Origin: Octopus vulgaris
Lineage: Eukaryota
Reading direction: 5' to 3'
DNA: 64,000 nt
Assembly: GCA_951406725.2 (NCBI GenBank)
Contig: OX597823.1
Span: 372,001-436,000, forward strand
The position numbers were made by a program, and so were the translations under genes. A model generated the notes under the pieces. It worked only from the letters and a program-made list of their open reading frames with translations, had not been told where the DNA came from and searched no databases. Shown one piece after another: positions 40,794 through 54,259 of this stretch (position 1 is its first letter; each line of letters starts with the position of its first letter).

Positions 40794-41865
40794 CTAGAAA
40801 TAAAAGGTAGATATAAGAAATATATTTTCAAACAAGAAAAAAAACAACAGGAACTCCAATCAACAGTTATGAATTAGCTTAAATGATTCTGTTGTCTTCT
40901 TTTTTGCTTTTTATACTAAATACCAGTTTTTAATACTTCATTAGTAAATTAATTATATTTTAATGGAATCACTGATGGTTACTTCTCAAACCTAGATCAT
41001 CTTTACATTTTTACTTCTTTCCAGAAATGCATTTTGCTTTGAAAAAAATATTTTCTACTGTAAATTTGAAAAAAGTCATTTATTTCAGCAAATACTTTCT
41101 TGGCATTTCTCTAACCTTCACTGAAGATTGAGTAAATTTTAGAAATAGTTCTTAAGTCCATAAGTTATCTAATATATCAGCAGAAAAAATATCCTAATTA
41201 GGCAAATCGATTTGATTTTCCTAAACATTTTGGATACAGATTAAGAAAAGCCAAAACACTTGTTTTACATTAATCTTTGTACTGTTGGATCCATTCTTAC
41301 GGTTAGTCATCCAACTTTGAACAATCAGTGGCAGTAATTTCTGGCAAACAAAGTGGAGACAGAGTAATGTACCTTGTACAACAGAAATAGTCAAAAGCAA
41401 GATTTCTATGTTTAACCTCTGCTCATGAAAGCTGTACCTTAAAATTGCTACCACAATGTGTCACATACTCAGCCTATATCTTGCTTTGAAGGCTAAAAGT
41501 TCAGTCAATATGTGCTTCTGTGTTTTAATATATGTTAACAAAATAACAAGGAATTGCAAATTTGCATTTTGGGAAAACAATTTCCTTTTTAACCTAAATT
41601 ATTATGAGAATTAATTAAAATTTGGAGGAAGTTATTATTATGCCTTACTTTATTTTGAAAAAAAACTTACATCCTATTTTTATTCTATCATTGAAGCTGA
41701 CATTGAAATAAAAAGAGTAATTTCAATTAGATGTTAATTGCAGGTAAGTGATTCACTCTTTTTATGAAAGGGGAATTAAAAAAGAGACATAGTCGCTGAT
41801 GGAAATTATACAGACAACTCTATTAAATAGAGATAAGAAAATAATTTAACAAATTGAATTCTTAC

Positions 41866-41953
41866 CCTGGCATTGTGTAAATCAACTCCATACATCTCCA
41901 GGCGTTTTGCTCGTTCTAAGAAACAATACTCAGCCTCAGCTGGAGTTTGACCT
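41866..41953 (-). CDS. PTPN4: FERM-domain exon ([30 protein letters not shown])
   Basis: TTTTCCAG acceptor, GTAAG donor, 88 nt, phase 2 to 0, band-4.1 LEMYGVDLH signature. Confidence 0.9.
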
Positions 41954-42849
41954 CTGGAAAATACAGAAAGGCAGCTTTATATATGAGAAACAACAAAAAA
42001 CAAAACAAAGGACTTTCTTTTTTACTGTTCATGTTGACATAATTATTTTGTGTTCCTTTAGCAACTCCATGTCTAGCGAATTGAACGATTCAGGATGCGC
42101 CACTGAGACAGAGATCCAAATAAGCCATCTCCTCGCCTAACGTCCACCTACATTGCATACTCCAACATATGAAAGTTGAAAACTGGCCATGTTGTGTTTT
42201 CTTTACTGCCCAATCCATATTTGTAGATTGTGGTGGTGGCCATAGTATTACCACAGCTATTGATATTGCTGCTATCTCTTGCATGTGTCTATGTTTGTCT
42301 GGCTGGAGTAAAAAGTGTCATCCTGTTTCCAAAGTGATTCTCACTACAGTGGTAAGGACTGGTGGTTTGCAGCCTGTCTTCATAACTATTCTCAAATCTG
42401 CAGCTAGTCTTTCTATTAGACTATTTTATTGCATTATTTAGGTTGTCTGTGTGCAGCAGATGATGATACAAAGTGCAATATTCTCTGGTTTATTACAGAA
42501 ATTAAAGGTCTAGGCATAAACACTAGCATCATTCCTGATGAATCTAAGACGATGTTTGTATATTTATGTTGTTTCTTGAAGCCAATGAGTTGAGTAAGTA
42601 TATTTGAACATTTCTGAAGCATTTTCAGGACATCATCATTTTAACAGCTACTTTTTTCAAAATTTGCATGGGACAGAGCTTCTACAACCAGATGCCCTTC
42701 TTGTGGCCAGCTCCCACTGGCTACCAGGTAAGGTAATAATCTCCTAGACTGCTGGACAACAAACAGCTGAGGCAAATTTTTGCAGTAGACTGCAAGCAAA
42801 CAGCACCATTAAGAGAGCCATTGCTTACAGTGAGTGAAACATGTAGGAG

Positions 42850-43180
42850 AGGGAAATACAAGCCAAACACACACACACACATGTAGATATACAGTGCACT
42901 TTTCTCAGTTTCTACCTTCCAGATCAACTAGCAAAACCTTGAGGATTTGGTGGTTGATCTGGGACCATACTAGAGGACACTTGTCCAAGGTTGCATGCAG
43001 TGGAACCGAACCCAGAACTATATAGTTGGGGAGTGAACAGACATGCACAGACATGGTTCTGTGGTTAAAGAGTTCACTTTGTCAAGTACATGGTTTCAGG
43101 TTCAGTCCTACTACATGGTACTCTGAGTAACCCCAGAATGAATTAAAACCTTGTGAGTTGATTTCTGAGATGGAAACTAC
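42850..43180. mobile_element. Two tRNA-derived SINE heads, head-to-head
   Basis: Minus copy at 42850-43040 and plus copy at 43050-43180, both similar to 6436-6600. Confidence 0.6.
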
Positions 43181-44569
43181 ACAGTCACACCAATGTATTC
43201 AAAGTTTTCTGTAAATGTTAAAGGGGTTTCATGAAAGTCTTTGAATGTTTTGTCTTTTGTGTGTTTCATATATTTGCTTGTTGTATCAAATAATGTTGTT
43301 TTGAGTAGCTGGTAAGAAAGGAAATGGTGGGTTTGGTAGGCTCCGTTTTAAGTTGTCCTTTTGGGGGCAAGTTTCTGTGATTGATGTGTGGTTGGAGAAT
43401 AGTGGAAGGTAGAGGGGGTTAAAAATATTTTAGTGAGACAATGGAATTTGGGTGTGTATGTGTGTGTGTGTGTGTGTGTATGTGTGTGTGTGTGAAGGAG
43501 TACTCCATGTAGGACATTACAGTTTCCCAATACTTTGTTGTATACTACATGGACAGTATTTAGAGCACCTTCACTATGTTAGACCATTTCTTTTTAAAAG
43601 GATCAATAAACTAAGTATTGGCATTAAACTTCCTTCAGGGCAATGAAAACAGCCAATTACTCCTAATAACAGCTCTAAAGGACAGTGTAGAGTATCAGTG
43701 GTCAGTTGGTTTGGGCATGAACTCTTCTTTTTGAACAAACTCTTCTTCGTAACAAGAAGTTGTTGCACCTTACTCTCTCTCTACTAGAGAAAATGTAGTC
43801 TTTATGAATGAGAACCTATTTCCATTCCTTGCTGCAGCAGCACCACAACAGTAAACCATTGAATAAGATCAAAAGTCATTTGGACAACAACAACAACAAT
43901 AATGGATAAAGGCAACTGAACAGTCTGTGTATATATGTTATTGTGCATGCAGTTGTATGTGTGTGCCTCTGTGTGTGTGTCTGTGCGTGTGTTTACACAA
44001 GAGGATGCCTGAGTGGTGTGTGATTGTATTTCCTTGCAGCTAAATGAATGCTATGGCTTTGACTTATATTAACTGCACTGTTATTTCAAGCAGTTCACAG
44101 TCACAGAAATGAACGACTGGACACATGTGCATAGAGATGCCAGAGGAAAAGTAGTGCATGTGTGTGAGAGAGGGAGAGAGAGAGACAGAGAGAAAGGAAT
44201 CAAGTAGGAGGGAGAGGGAGAGAGAAAAAGGAAGCAAGAGAGGGAGACGGAGCGAGACTCACTGTGTGTAAGACAGAACATGGGAGAGAGTAAGTGAAGA
44301 CATGCATTATGAGATTAGTTATGAGTAAATGTGCATATTTTCTCTTGCAATCAACCACTTGTCACCATGTCTAAGTTTTGAACAAGGACTGAAAGGAAAA
44401 AATGCACATCTGCAAAAGTAAATAGAATAACCAGAAAGCTGAATAAATTAACCGAATCTATACAGAACAATTGAGATTTGGACATAGGAATCCCTGACAG
44501 AAGGCCTCAGTTATTACACACAAGCACTCCTAAATACTATAGTGTGTGTGTGTGTGTGTGTGTGTGTAG

Positions 44570-44707
44570 ATGCAGGCATGACTGTGTGGTTATATAAAGC
44601 ACATGGTTTCAGGTTCAATCACATTACAGGACACATTGGGTAGCCCCAGGAAGACCAAAGTCTTGTGAGTGAATTTGTAAGATGGAAATTAGAACATGCT
44701 CTCACCA

Positions 44708-44738
<31 letters not shown>

Positions 44739-45395
44739 GTGTAATGAGAGAGAAGGAGAGCATATTTGTTTAACAAAATTGTGTTCATCATAATCATCAT
44801 TTAGCATCTGCTTTTCATGCTGGCATGGGTTGGATGGTTTCACTGGAACTGGTAAGCTGGAGAGCTGTGCCAGATGCCAGTCTGACTGATTCTATGGTTG
44901 GATGCCTTTCCAAATGCCAACCACTCCAAGTGTGTAGTGGGTGCCTTTAACATGTCACCGGCACAGATATTAATCATATATACATACACACACATATATA
45001 TATATATATATATAGTACCTTTATATGAAAAAAAGTTCATTAGACTGTGGCCAAGCTGGGGCACTACCTTAAACGGTTTAACCAAACAAATTGATGCCAT
45101 CCCACCCCAATACTTATTTTCTAAAGCATGATACTTATTCTATCAGTCTCTTATGCTGAACTGCTAAGTTACAGAGATGTAAATAGATCAATAGCAGTTA
45201 TCAAGTGATGCTGGGGGATCAAACACATAAAAACACATTCACAAACACACATACAACAAGCTTCTTTCAGTTTGCATCTACCAAATCCACTCAGCTTTGG
45301 TTGACCCAGGGCAATAGTAGAAGACAAGTGCCATGCAGTGGGACTGAACCCAGAACCATGTGGTTGGGAAGCAAACTTCTTACCGCACAACTATG
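44570..45395. mobile_element. SINE cluster (44570-44710 +, RTE-tail 44788-44962 -, SINE 45030-45395 -)
   Basis: Similarity to other copies in the window. Confidence 0.7.
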
Positions 45396-46044
45396 CATGC
45401 GTGTGTGTGTGTGTGTGTGCACATATGGTATTTTCAGATGATTCTGGAATAGAGATATTTTATTTGGAATTTATTTTGCAGTTCATCTTGTGTGGCTGTT
45501 GCCATCCTCATTTTGAGATGTTTCACTCATGTCTTCTCCTGCCAACCATTTCACCACTTTTTACCATAACAATTTTCATTTTCGTTTGTTTTTTTGTTGT
45601 GATTTTTAGATTGTATTTGTTTTTTGTTTTTTTCTATCCCAAATTGTCATCTGGCTTATTCAGCAATTATTTTCAGTGATGGGAAACCATTCACTACGTT
45701 TTCAAAAATACAAAGTGGGTTTGTCATATTTGCCGATACTATTTATATCTCAAGTGAAATAGATTGTATGCAAATTTATTTATTTGTAATTTCACAACAT
45801 CACATTTACATCGTCATTTTATGTCCAGGTTCCAAACTGATAATGGTTGGATAGTTTGACATGATTTGACGGCTCCAAGAATTGCATAATACTCCATTAT
45901 CTGCTTTGCTTGGAGGCTCTTCTTAACACCAGCCATTTTACACTGTGTAATCTATCATACTAAATTCCAAACATGCACACAACAACAAAATTAAAATTAC
46001 AAAAAAAAAAGCACCCTTTAGCATAAAGTAGACGCCATAACTAC

Positions 46045-46165
46045 CTGTGTTGTTTGTGATATTCTATAACTTGTCGTTCAAACTCCACGGTTTGGCTGGG
46101 AATAAACCGGAACTCAGACAGGTAATTTCCTTTGTGATCTTCAGGATTATAGTCACCTAATTCAG
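46045..46165 (-). CDS. PTPN4: FERM-domain exon (S-ELGDYNPEDHKGNYLSEFRFIPSQTVEFERQVIEYHKQH-R)
   Basis: TTTTCAG acceptor, AG|GTAGTT donor, 121 nt, phase 1 to 2, ELGDY signature. Confidence 0.9.
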
Positions 46166-46227
46166 CTGAAAATAAAGGAAATTATTAGTTAAAAAATCAC
46201 ACACACATATAATATATATATATATAT

Positions 46228-49095
46228 ATCATCATTTAGCATCCACTGTCCATGCTGGCATGGGTTAGACGGTTCAACAGGAAGTGGTAACCTGGAGAGC
46301 AGTACTAAGTGCCAGCCTAATTTTGGCTTGGTTTCTACAGCTGGATGCACTTCCTAACGCCAACCAATCCAAGAGCTAGTGAGTGCCTGTAACGTGTCAC
46401 TGGTATTGGTGCTTTATGTGTCATCAGCATGGGTGCTTTTACATGTCACTGACACCAACCACAACTGCTATTTCACTTGACAAGTCTCTCAAGCACAGCA
46501 AACCACCAAAGATCTCGATCACTTGTCATCACCTCCATGAGACCCAAGTTTTGAAGATAGTACTTCATCACCTTGTCCTATATCTTCCTGGGTCTGCCTC
46601 TTCCACAGGTTCCCTCCACAGCTAGAGACTGGAATTTCTTTGTGCAGCTGCCCTCGTACATCACATGACCATACTAGCGCAGTCGCTTCTCTTGCACACC
46701 ACATCTGATGCCTCTTATGCCAAACTTTCCTCTCAAAATGCTCTCAGTTGCACATGCACACTCACATTGGACATCCAGCAAAGCAAACTAAATTTCCTTT
46801 CTTTCAAGCCTATGCATGTCCTCAGCAGTCACAGACCCTGTTTCACTGCATGGCTGTCCACACCACAGGCATCATACGATTTGCCTTTAACTCTGAGAGA
46901 GAGGCTCTTAGTTACCAATGGAGGGAGAAGCTCTCTGAACTTTGCCCAGCTTATTCTTATTCTAGCAGCTAAGCATTTGGAGCATCTGCCTCCACTGCTG
47001 ACTCGGTCACCTAGAAAGCTATCAACTACTTCCAGGTATCTCTACTGGCATTTCATGGAGTCTGTTTTCTGTACATTTCTAGTGTTTATTGTACCTGGAA
47101 ATCTGCCACACACAAAGTCTATTTTCTCTGTTAACCTTCCTCTGATGTTGTTGCACCTCTTACGTGTCCATAGCTAGCACTGGGTACACCTTATGGAGTT
47201 TATACCTATGCCTAGTCTACATATCGAGCAGAGCCATCTACCTGAAGGGTTTTGTGATTTATTCACTTCCCTACTTACTAAGGCTTTGGTTTTTGCTAAA
47301 TTAACTCTAGGGCCCTTTGATTCTAGACCTTGCTTCCACACCTGAAATTTCTTCTCTAGTTCTGGTCATGATCCAGCCATAAGGACAAGGTCATCAGCGG
47401 AGAGGAGCTCCCAAGGGACGGCAACTAGGCTTAAATTTCTCTATTACCTGGAGGACTACAATGAACAAGAGGGGGCTGAGCACCGATCCTTGGTAAACTC
47501 CTACTTGTACCCTGAATTCATTGTTATACTCGTTGTCAACCCTCACCTTACTGACAACATCCTGTATAAGGCTTGTACAGCTCTCACCAACCACTCATCT
47601 ATCCCTAATTTCTGCAATGACTACTTGATAAGAGAGCATGGGATAATAGCAAAAGCTTTCTCCATGTCAACGAAAGCCGAGGACAGAGGCTTATTTTTGT
47701 CTAGGTACTTCTCCTGATGCTGCCTTACCAGGAATATAGCATCAGTGGTGCTTCTTCCAGGCACAAAACCAAACTGTATCTCATCAAGACTAACTCTCTT
47801 CCTAATTAGTTGGGCTAAGACCCTCTCTGTTACTTTCATCACCTGATCCAACAAGTTCATACCACTGTAATCATTTTTGTCTCAAGTATCATCTTTACCT
47901 TTGTAGGAGTTGGCTGTGATGCTGCTGCTGCTGCACTGGTCATTGGGTAGGACTCCCTCTTATGGACAACCTGATTGACTTTATGGATGACTAGACCACA
48001 ACCCACACCACCAGATAATTTTAAGCAGCTCAACAGTGATTCCTGAGCACTTTCTCCATCTTTATATCTACCAAGTTACTGTCTATTCAGATAGCTGGTC
48101 TCTCTGTTGGATTCACATTGGACAGACTCTCCTTCTACTTGGAGTTCTCTATATTTAGCAGCCTTTTGCAGTGGCAGTTCTTCCAAGCCTCCTTCTTCGC
48201 AGAGTCACTAACTGCAAGAGAACCATCATCCATGGAAATGCACTTTTCTCCAACATCACAATTTTCCCTGACAGACTACTTTGCTTCCCGAAACACTTCA
48301 GTCTGTTGGCCCTCACTCTGCAGAACATTGGCAAACGTCTCCCTTTCTGCTTCATCCCTGGCTAAGTATACCAACTTCCTAGCTTCCCTTCTAGCTATCT
48401 GGTATAGTTCCTTGCTACTGCCACCCTTCCAGGCTTGCCTCTTTGCTCTCATGGCCCCTGTCAATTACGCTGTTCCACCACCATGTTACTCTAGGGCTAG
48501 TTCGGACTTTGCACCAGCCACAAATTTGGTCTGTGGTTTTCAGCAATTTGTCTCATAGGAACTTCCAGTTATCCTCTATGTAGCATGTCAGTAACACCTC
48601 TTCCTTAAACGTTTCAGTTAGGACAACTCTAAATTTCTGACTATTCAAAGGATCCCTAAGCTTCCAAGTCCTTCTCTTCCAGATTGGCTTCTTGGAATCC
48701 TTCTTACTTGTAGTCTAAAATCACTGATGACTAATCTATGCTGAGGAGTACATCCTAGGAAAGGTACCTGCATGTATGAACAACCATGAATCTTGCTTTC
48801 TGGTGAGAATGTAGTCAATCTATCTGGTTTCCTAAAGTTAGTGCTGCAGATCATTAGGTCATTTGCATCACAGAGCTCCAGCAATCTTCTTCTTTCCTCA
48901 TTTCCGGAACTAATTCCATGCCCCCCCCCCCCATGAACTTCATGGAAGACACTCAGGTGCTGCCTGACATGTCCATTGAAATCACCAGCCACGAAGATAC
49001 AGTCACTATCATTTATCTTTGAGGTAACCAGCAGAAGAATGTTATAAAAGCAGTCCTTTTGTTCATTTGGCAGACTCAGTTGGGAGCAGAGGCAG
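46228..49095 (-). mobile_element. Decayed RTE-clade LINE (APE endonuclease + RT + 3' UTR)
   Basis: VAGDFNGHV (APE), QFGFVPGRSTTDAIF, FVDMEKAF, VGVYQGSVLSPLLF and ADD, with many frameshifts. The 3' tail is shared with the (ATG)n-tailed SINEs. Confidence 0.92.
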
Positions 49096-49362
49096 GAATG
49101 ATTGTTGCGGTGCAGCTCTGTAAGACTGGGCAAATTGGAAATTAAAAATAGCGAAACAACAAAAGTCAAAAGGGTAAACACATGGATTGTATTAGGTAGA
49201 CACTTAGTATAAGAAGATGGAATAAAAAGTGGGTGTATAATGTTTTGAACGTGGCTATTTATTATGAAAAGGAGAAGAGAGGAAAGTCCCAGAGCAGGGA
49301 TGAAGTCCAAGAAGAAAAGCCTGTGCAATGTGTATGTATGTAGGTATGAAAGTGTGTGTGCA

Positions 49363-49412
<50 letters not shown>

Positions 49413-49477
49413 TATACATACATATATATATACATATATAGGTGAAAAAGTTGGTGTGTGAAAGCACGTGGTTAGAT

Positions 49478-49760
49478 ATATAAAAAATAGAAAAGAGTGA
49501 AAAAACTACAGAAGGCTTGTTTTATAAGGTTAAAGAATATATTTGAGTTGTTATGTTAGAAAAACCGGTTTCGTGTAAGCTTTTCAATTTCTCAAACTTT
49601 GAGAAATTGAAAAGCTTACACAAACCGGTTTTTCTCCAAAAACTATGTTACTACACACAAAATTTTATATTATTTTTCTAACATAACAACTTAAATATAT
49701 TCTTTAACCTTATAATACAAGCCTTCTGTAGCTTTTTTACTCTTTTCTATTTTTTTTATA
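49478..49760. repeat. Nested fold-back element (outer arms ~85 bp, inner hairpin 49558-49635)
   Basis: Outer arms 49478-49564 / 49672-49760; inner AGAAAAACCGGTTT...TCTCAAA-C-TTTGAGA...AAACCGGTTTTTCT. Confidence 0.88.
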
Positions 49761-49789
49761 TATATATATGTATATTAAAGTAATAAAAT

Positions 49790-51365
49790 TAATGTGTGGT
49801 TATAGAGTGATGAATGGTTTTTCATCCACGACAGTCATAGCTTCATGGAGCACAATCCAGACTCTAGTCTGAAGACAAATTTAACTGTTCACCTCTTAGA
49901 GATGGAAAGTTGTTAGTCAATGGTCAAATGGTCATTGGAGAATAAAAGGTTCAGCAATAGTGAGGACAGGTTATCTCCCCTAGATCAGCTATTTGGAGAG
50001 GGGAATAATGTATCTAACCCTTCTAATGGCTCATAAGGACTCTTCTGAGGTTAGTCAGCAAATGAGGAATGTTTGCAGCAGATAGCGCATGAAATGAATG
50101 CATGGTGTGATGATTTTTTGGCGAGTATTCAGCAATCCAGGTCTCAAGGAGTCTTCAAATATCCTAGTTTGCTCTGCTATGCAGAGCTTGCAGCAACCAC
50201 TCCTGTTTATGTAGGGCCCCAGCTGTTCTAAGATCTTCCACTTAATATCATATGAGGACCCTTGATCTTTGAAGTGCTGCACATGGCTGGCCAGGAATGT
50301 GACAAATTGTCTTTCTGGGACCCTGAATGATAACCTGTGGTTGTCCAAGCATTGCTTGAATGCTGTCCTGGCTGACCTGATGTACTTCCAGGCTTGGGTG
50401 TTCACATTACTGGTGCATCTCTTGTTAGCTCTGGGTCTGGGGATGTTGTTGGGGCGGCCGCCAGTGCTGTTATCATTATGATGTGTGGATCTGGTTATGT
50501 AGCAGTAGCTGCTGTCGTTGGGGTTGTTGTTGTTGTGGTCATCCCTGGTCATAGGGTTGGCGCTGTTGCTGCTGCTGGTGATGTGGGTACTGTCGGTACC
50601 ACTGATGGTAATGTTGGATGTGGGGCCAGTAGCTCCAATGTTGCTTCTGATGTTGGCATGGTCATCTTCACTGGCTGTAGCACTGATACCGGAGTTGTTT
50701 CTGCTGCTGTCGCTACCCCTGATGCCCCTGATGTTGTCGGATGATCCATTGCTGCTATTACTGTGGTCGCTGGGCCTGGCTGTCACCACACCTTCTTAAA
50801 TGACTCCCTCAGCCTTGCATTGGCCTTCCACTGGACAGTCATTGGACATCCTGCAAGAGCAGCCTGCCTCTTCCTGCATTTTATGGCTGTTAGCTAATAT
50901 ACTTCCCATGTTAGGTGTGCAACTAAAAGAGACCCTTAAGTTGAGCCTTTTGAATGGATGTCTGTATCTCTGTGTCTGCGTGAAGTCTTCGTCTATTAAC
51001 CAGATGTTGTGTGAGAAGGGTGGGGCAAGCCAAACCATATTTTCGCGGTGCTTCCTTTTGTGGGTGTTAGGGTCTGGCATATAGAAGATGAGGTCCTTAA
51101 ACTTGCTAGATGCCAGTGCCTCATTGTAGTAGGGGGTGGCGGTGTTGAAGACATCTTGATTAGAGGATAGATTCGAGATCCTCTTGCTGACACCCTTCAC
51201 TAGGTTCTTGAACATGATCAAAGGTGGCAGGAGGATGTGTTGGTATAGGACAGTCGCTGGTTGGTTTGTGATAGGGCCTGTGTCTACCAGAGCCCAAATC
51301 TAGATTACTATCAAGCCCAAAATTACTATCAAGATGAATCTCACTACCGTTGACTTCCTAGATGG
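49790..51365 (-). mobile_element. Decayed Penelope-like element (third family): RT end, CxCR-CP-GxC knuckle, split GIY-YIG
   Basis: 50796..51221 has RISNLSSN...WLAPPFS...SFSCTPNM...CSCRMSNDCPVEGQC; 50055..50789 has KYIRSARTAFKQ...CKLCIAEQ...LLNTR...CIH. Confidence 0.88.
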
Positions 51366-52159
51366 CCCTGACAGTTTTCCTTATAAGGTATTTCAAATGT
51401 TTTGTAATTTTAATCTTGAGAATTGAGACAATTATTGGTTAATATGTTAATTAATTAATGAATTCATTTGTATCCATTAGATCTCTTTGTTTTCTAATTC
51501 AATAAAAATGTCTGATGTCTTATGATATTCTATATAATATATTCATTGAAGGATTTTCTCTTCAAAATTTAATATATTAAACGAATGTATCTTGGATAAA
51601 TATCCCCATAAGAGGTTTCAATATCTTCATTGTAACTATATATATATATATAAATATATACATACATACATATATATATATATAGTACAAATCAGTATAT
51701 GCAGTACTGATTTGTCTATAAGCCATGCAATGACAGACATACACTCTGCAATCTAGTGAATGTGTAGGGATGTGTCGGGGTGTATTCATGTGTGTGTGCA
51801 TGTGTGTGGGGTTTTTTATGTGGACGTGAGGGTTTAGGGTTGGATGTGGATGTGTATGTTTTTCTTGTGCGGTGTGGTGGAGGTCGGGCGGCTCTTAATG
51901 GACCAACCATGAGGAAGACAATGATAATTTAAATTCAAATCCAATAGTCTATTTATGTCATAAGGAAAATTACTAACTGGAACCCGGACATACATATGTG
52001 CCATTTTGGATCCTAATGTAAGCGTTATTAATAATATTATGAATGACAATAATGGTAACATTAATGGTATTGACAACGATAATGATGCTAACTTTAATGA
52101 CACTTTGGAAATTAGTAGGAAGTAATATAATGTACTATTGACTATGTATATTTGCATCT

Positions 52160-52850
52160 AGGTACTAATATGTGTATGTTTATTATCACAATATTAAGTT
52201 GAAGAACTGAAACATTGAATATGGAACGTATATATGTTTACTAATTTATATTATTTATTTACATCATTATGTATATGTATAGGAGTGTGAGTATATGCAC
52301 TCATATGTATATGTATATCTCCGTAGAGGCCTTATGATATTTTTGTAAATGTCTCATTTATATCTATATATTGACCCACCATAAAAGGCTAATATTGGTA
52401 AAATGAGACATACTTATCTACATGGCCGAAACAGCTGTAAGATGTAATCTATACTTATATTTATATTCTCTTTTTTATATATATTCTACTTATCATACAA
52501 CATTACCCTTTTATGTACACTTTTTTATGTACATTCCTTTATGTACACTGATTTGTTCTGCTTTTTTATGTTTAACTCTACAGTCTCTTAAGTGGTGGTT
52601 TAATAAAGTATGTGATTGAGTATTATCTGGTAATTGATATTTGATTTAGATGTATTTCTCCATTTTCTTATCTTGTATTAGTAATTTGTGGTAAATCATT
52701 TTACCTTTGCCCATATAATACAGTGAATGAATTGACTGCATCGCAATCCTTAACATTTATGTATTAACTTTGTTGGGTACTTCACTAGCAGTATATTGGA
52801 TATATGTTATCCTATGGAGGGTTGCATTTACAACCCCTATCTCAATTTGT
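52160..52850 (+). mobile_element. Second, longer copy of the non-coding Penelope-type family at 26447-27131
   Basis: Clear similarity over ~500 bp; ends ATCTCAATTTG-(TA)n. It may extend 5' to about 51685. Confidence 0.8.
52314..52446 (+). ncRNA. Hammerhead variant (CCGTAGA core, ~100-nt stem II)
   Basis: TATATCT-CCGTAGA-GGCC...GGCC-GAAAC-AGCT-GTA-AGATGTA. Confidence 0.6.
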
Positions 52851-54259
52851 ATATATATATATATTGCTCATGTTTAACAATATTTATTTAAAATAATGAT
52901 AGCACATTAGTTTTGATATACATTAAGTGAACATCATCTGTTATCTATGATGTAATAATATAACATTATTTGTATATACCTAATTAGGTATCGATGCTCG
53001 AATACTTATATAACAAACAATGTAATAGTTGGTATTATGTATTTGCCACTTCACTTGTATTAACGTCCATCCACTTGTCACCTGCCCAGGTAACAAATCA
53101 GTTAGGATTAAGCAGAGAAACCAGTCATAATATTCTTTACTCCAGCTATATATTCCTTTACTGGTTTTACTTATGTGAATAAATATATGCTTGTAATACC
53201 TATGTAAACACATTAATAAATAATTAATTGCGACAGAAGCAGTATTAATACCAAAACACAATCTTTATCGCCAATGTGATGTGAACATTTGTGTGACAGC
53301 AAGGAATACTGTGCTATTTACCTTGAGAGGACCCCCACCCCATACAGACTTATGGTGCATAAAAACACTCACATTTATATTGTTGACAGATGAGAACTAT
53401 CCACAGATTATGTTAATCATATCAAGTCCAAACACACAAACACAAATTGTGTATATATTATATATGCACAAACACATACACACACACGTCATCATCTGAT
53501 GCCTTGCAGTTGCATAGGTCATTGTAACTTAAGTCAGTTCTTAAAGGAAGTTACTGTCCTCCTAAATTTGTCAAAGGACCCCTTCTAGCTTTCAAGTTTC
53601 ATTTTTGGCTTGGTTTCTATGGTTTGATGCCCCTACTTTCACCAATCATTTTACTTAGAATATTTGATTATGGCACTGACATTAGTGTGAGTTGCAAGCT
53701 CATGACAAGACTTAAAGGGGTCTTCTTGACCCCATGCTGTCCCTCCTCATTTGCTAACCACTTATTAGAATGTACTGAGTGCATTTTATTGTGCCACCAG
53801 TGAAGCTGCCTCGCATGCCTCAACGATAGAGAAGCCTTATGATGTGATGGTTTGCTTGAGGTAATGTCTCCCAGAAGGTGGAGAGAAGAGAGAATGGTAA
53901 CTGAAGAAGACTTACACTGAGTGCATGAAAGGAGCAAGAGTGGGCAGTCCTAAAAGTAAGTAATAAAAGGCAATAACAAATGATTGAGAGGAGAGTAAGC
54001 AGTGACTGGCAGTAGAGACAGTGTTGGTAGAAAGAGAGCTGATGGGCAACAGAGGTAGTGTGATCAGAACAGTGGTAGAGTGATAGGATACAGCTGGTTC
54101 CAGTACATCATTATATGGGCAGTATGAATAATGACTGATAGGGGTGATGAGTGATGGTGAATATGAATGATGGGGGAGATGAGAAGGTATAAAAACAAAC
54201 TTGGGGAAGCAGCAGATATAACTCCATTATGCCTATCAGCTTCCGTCACTACTGCTAGT

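Noticed and set aside
49820-49905. Hammerhead expected at the 3' end of the third PLE
   Set aside because: Only a doubtful CTAAGA...GAAG remnant is visible and the stems cannot be assigned.
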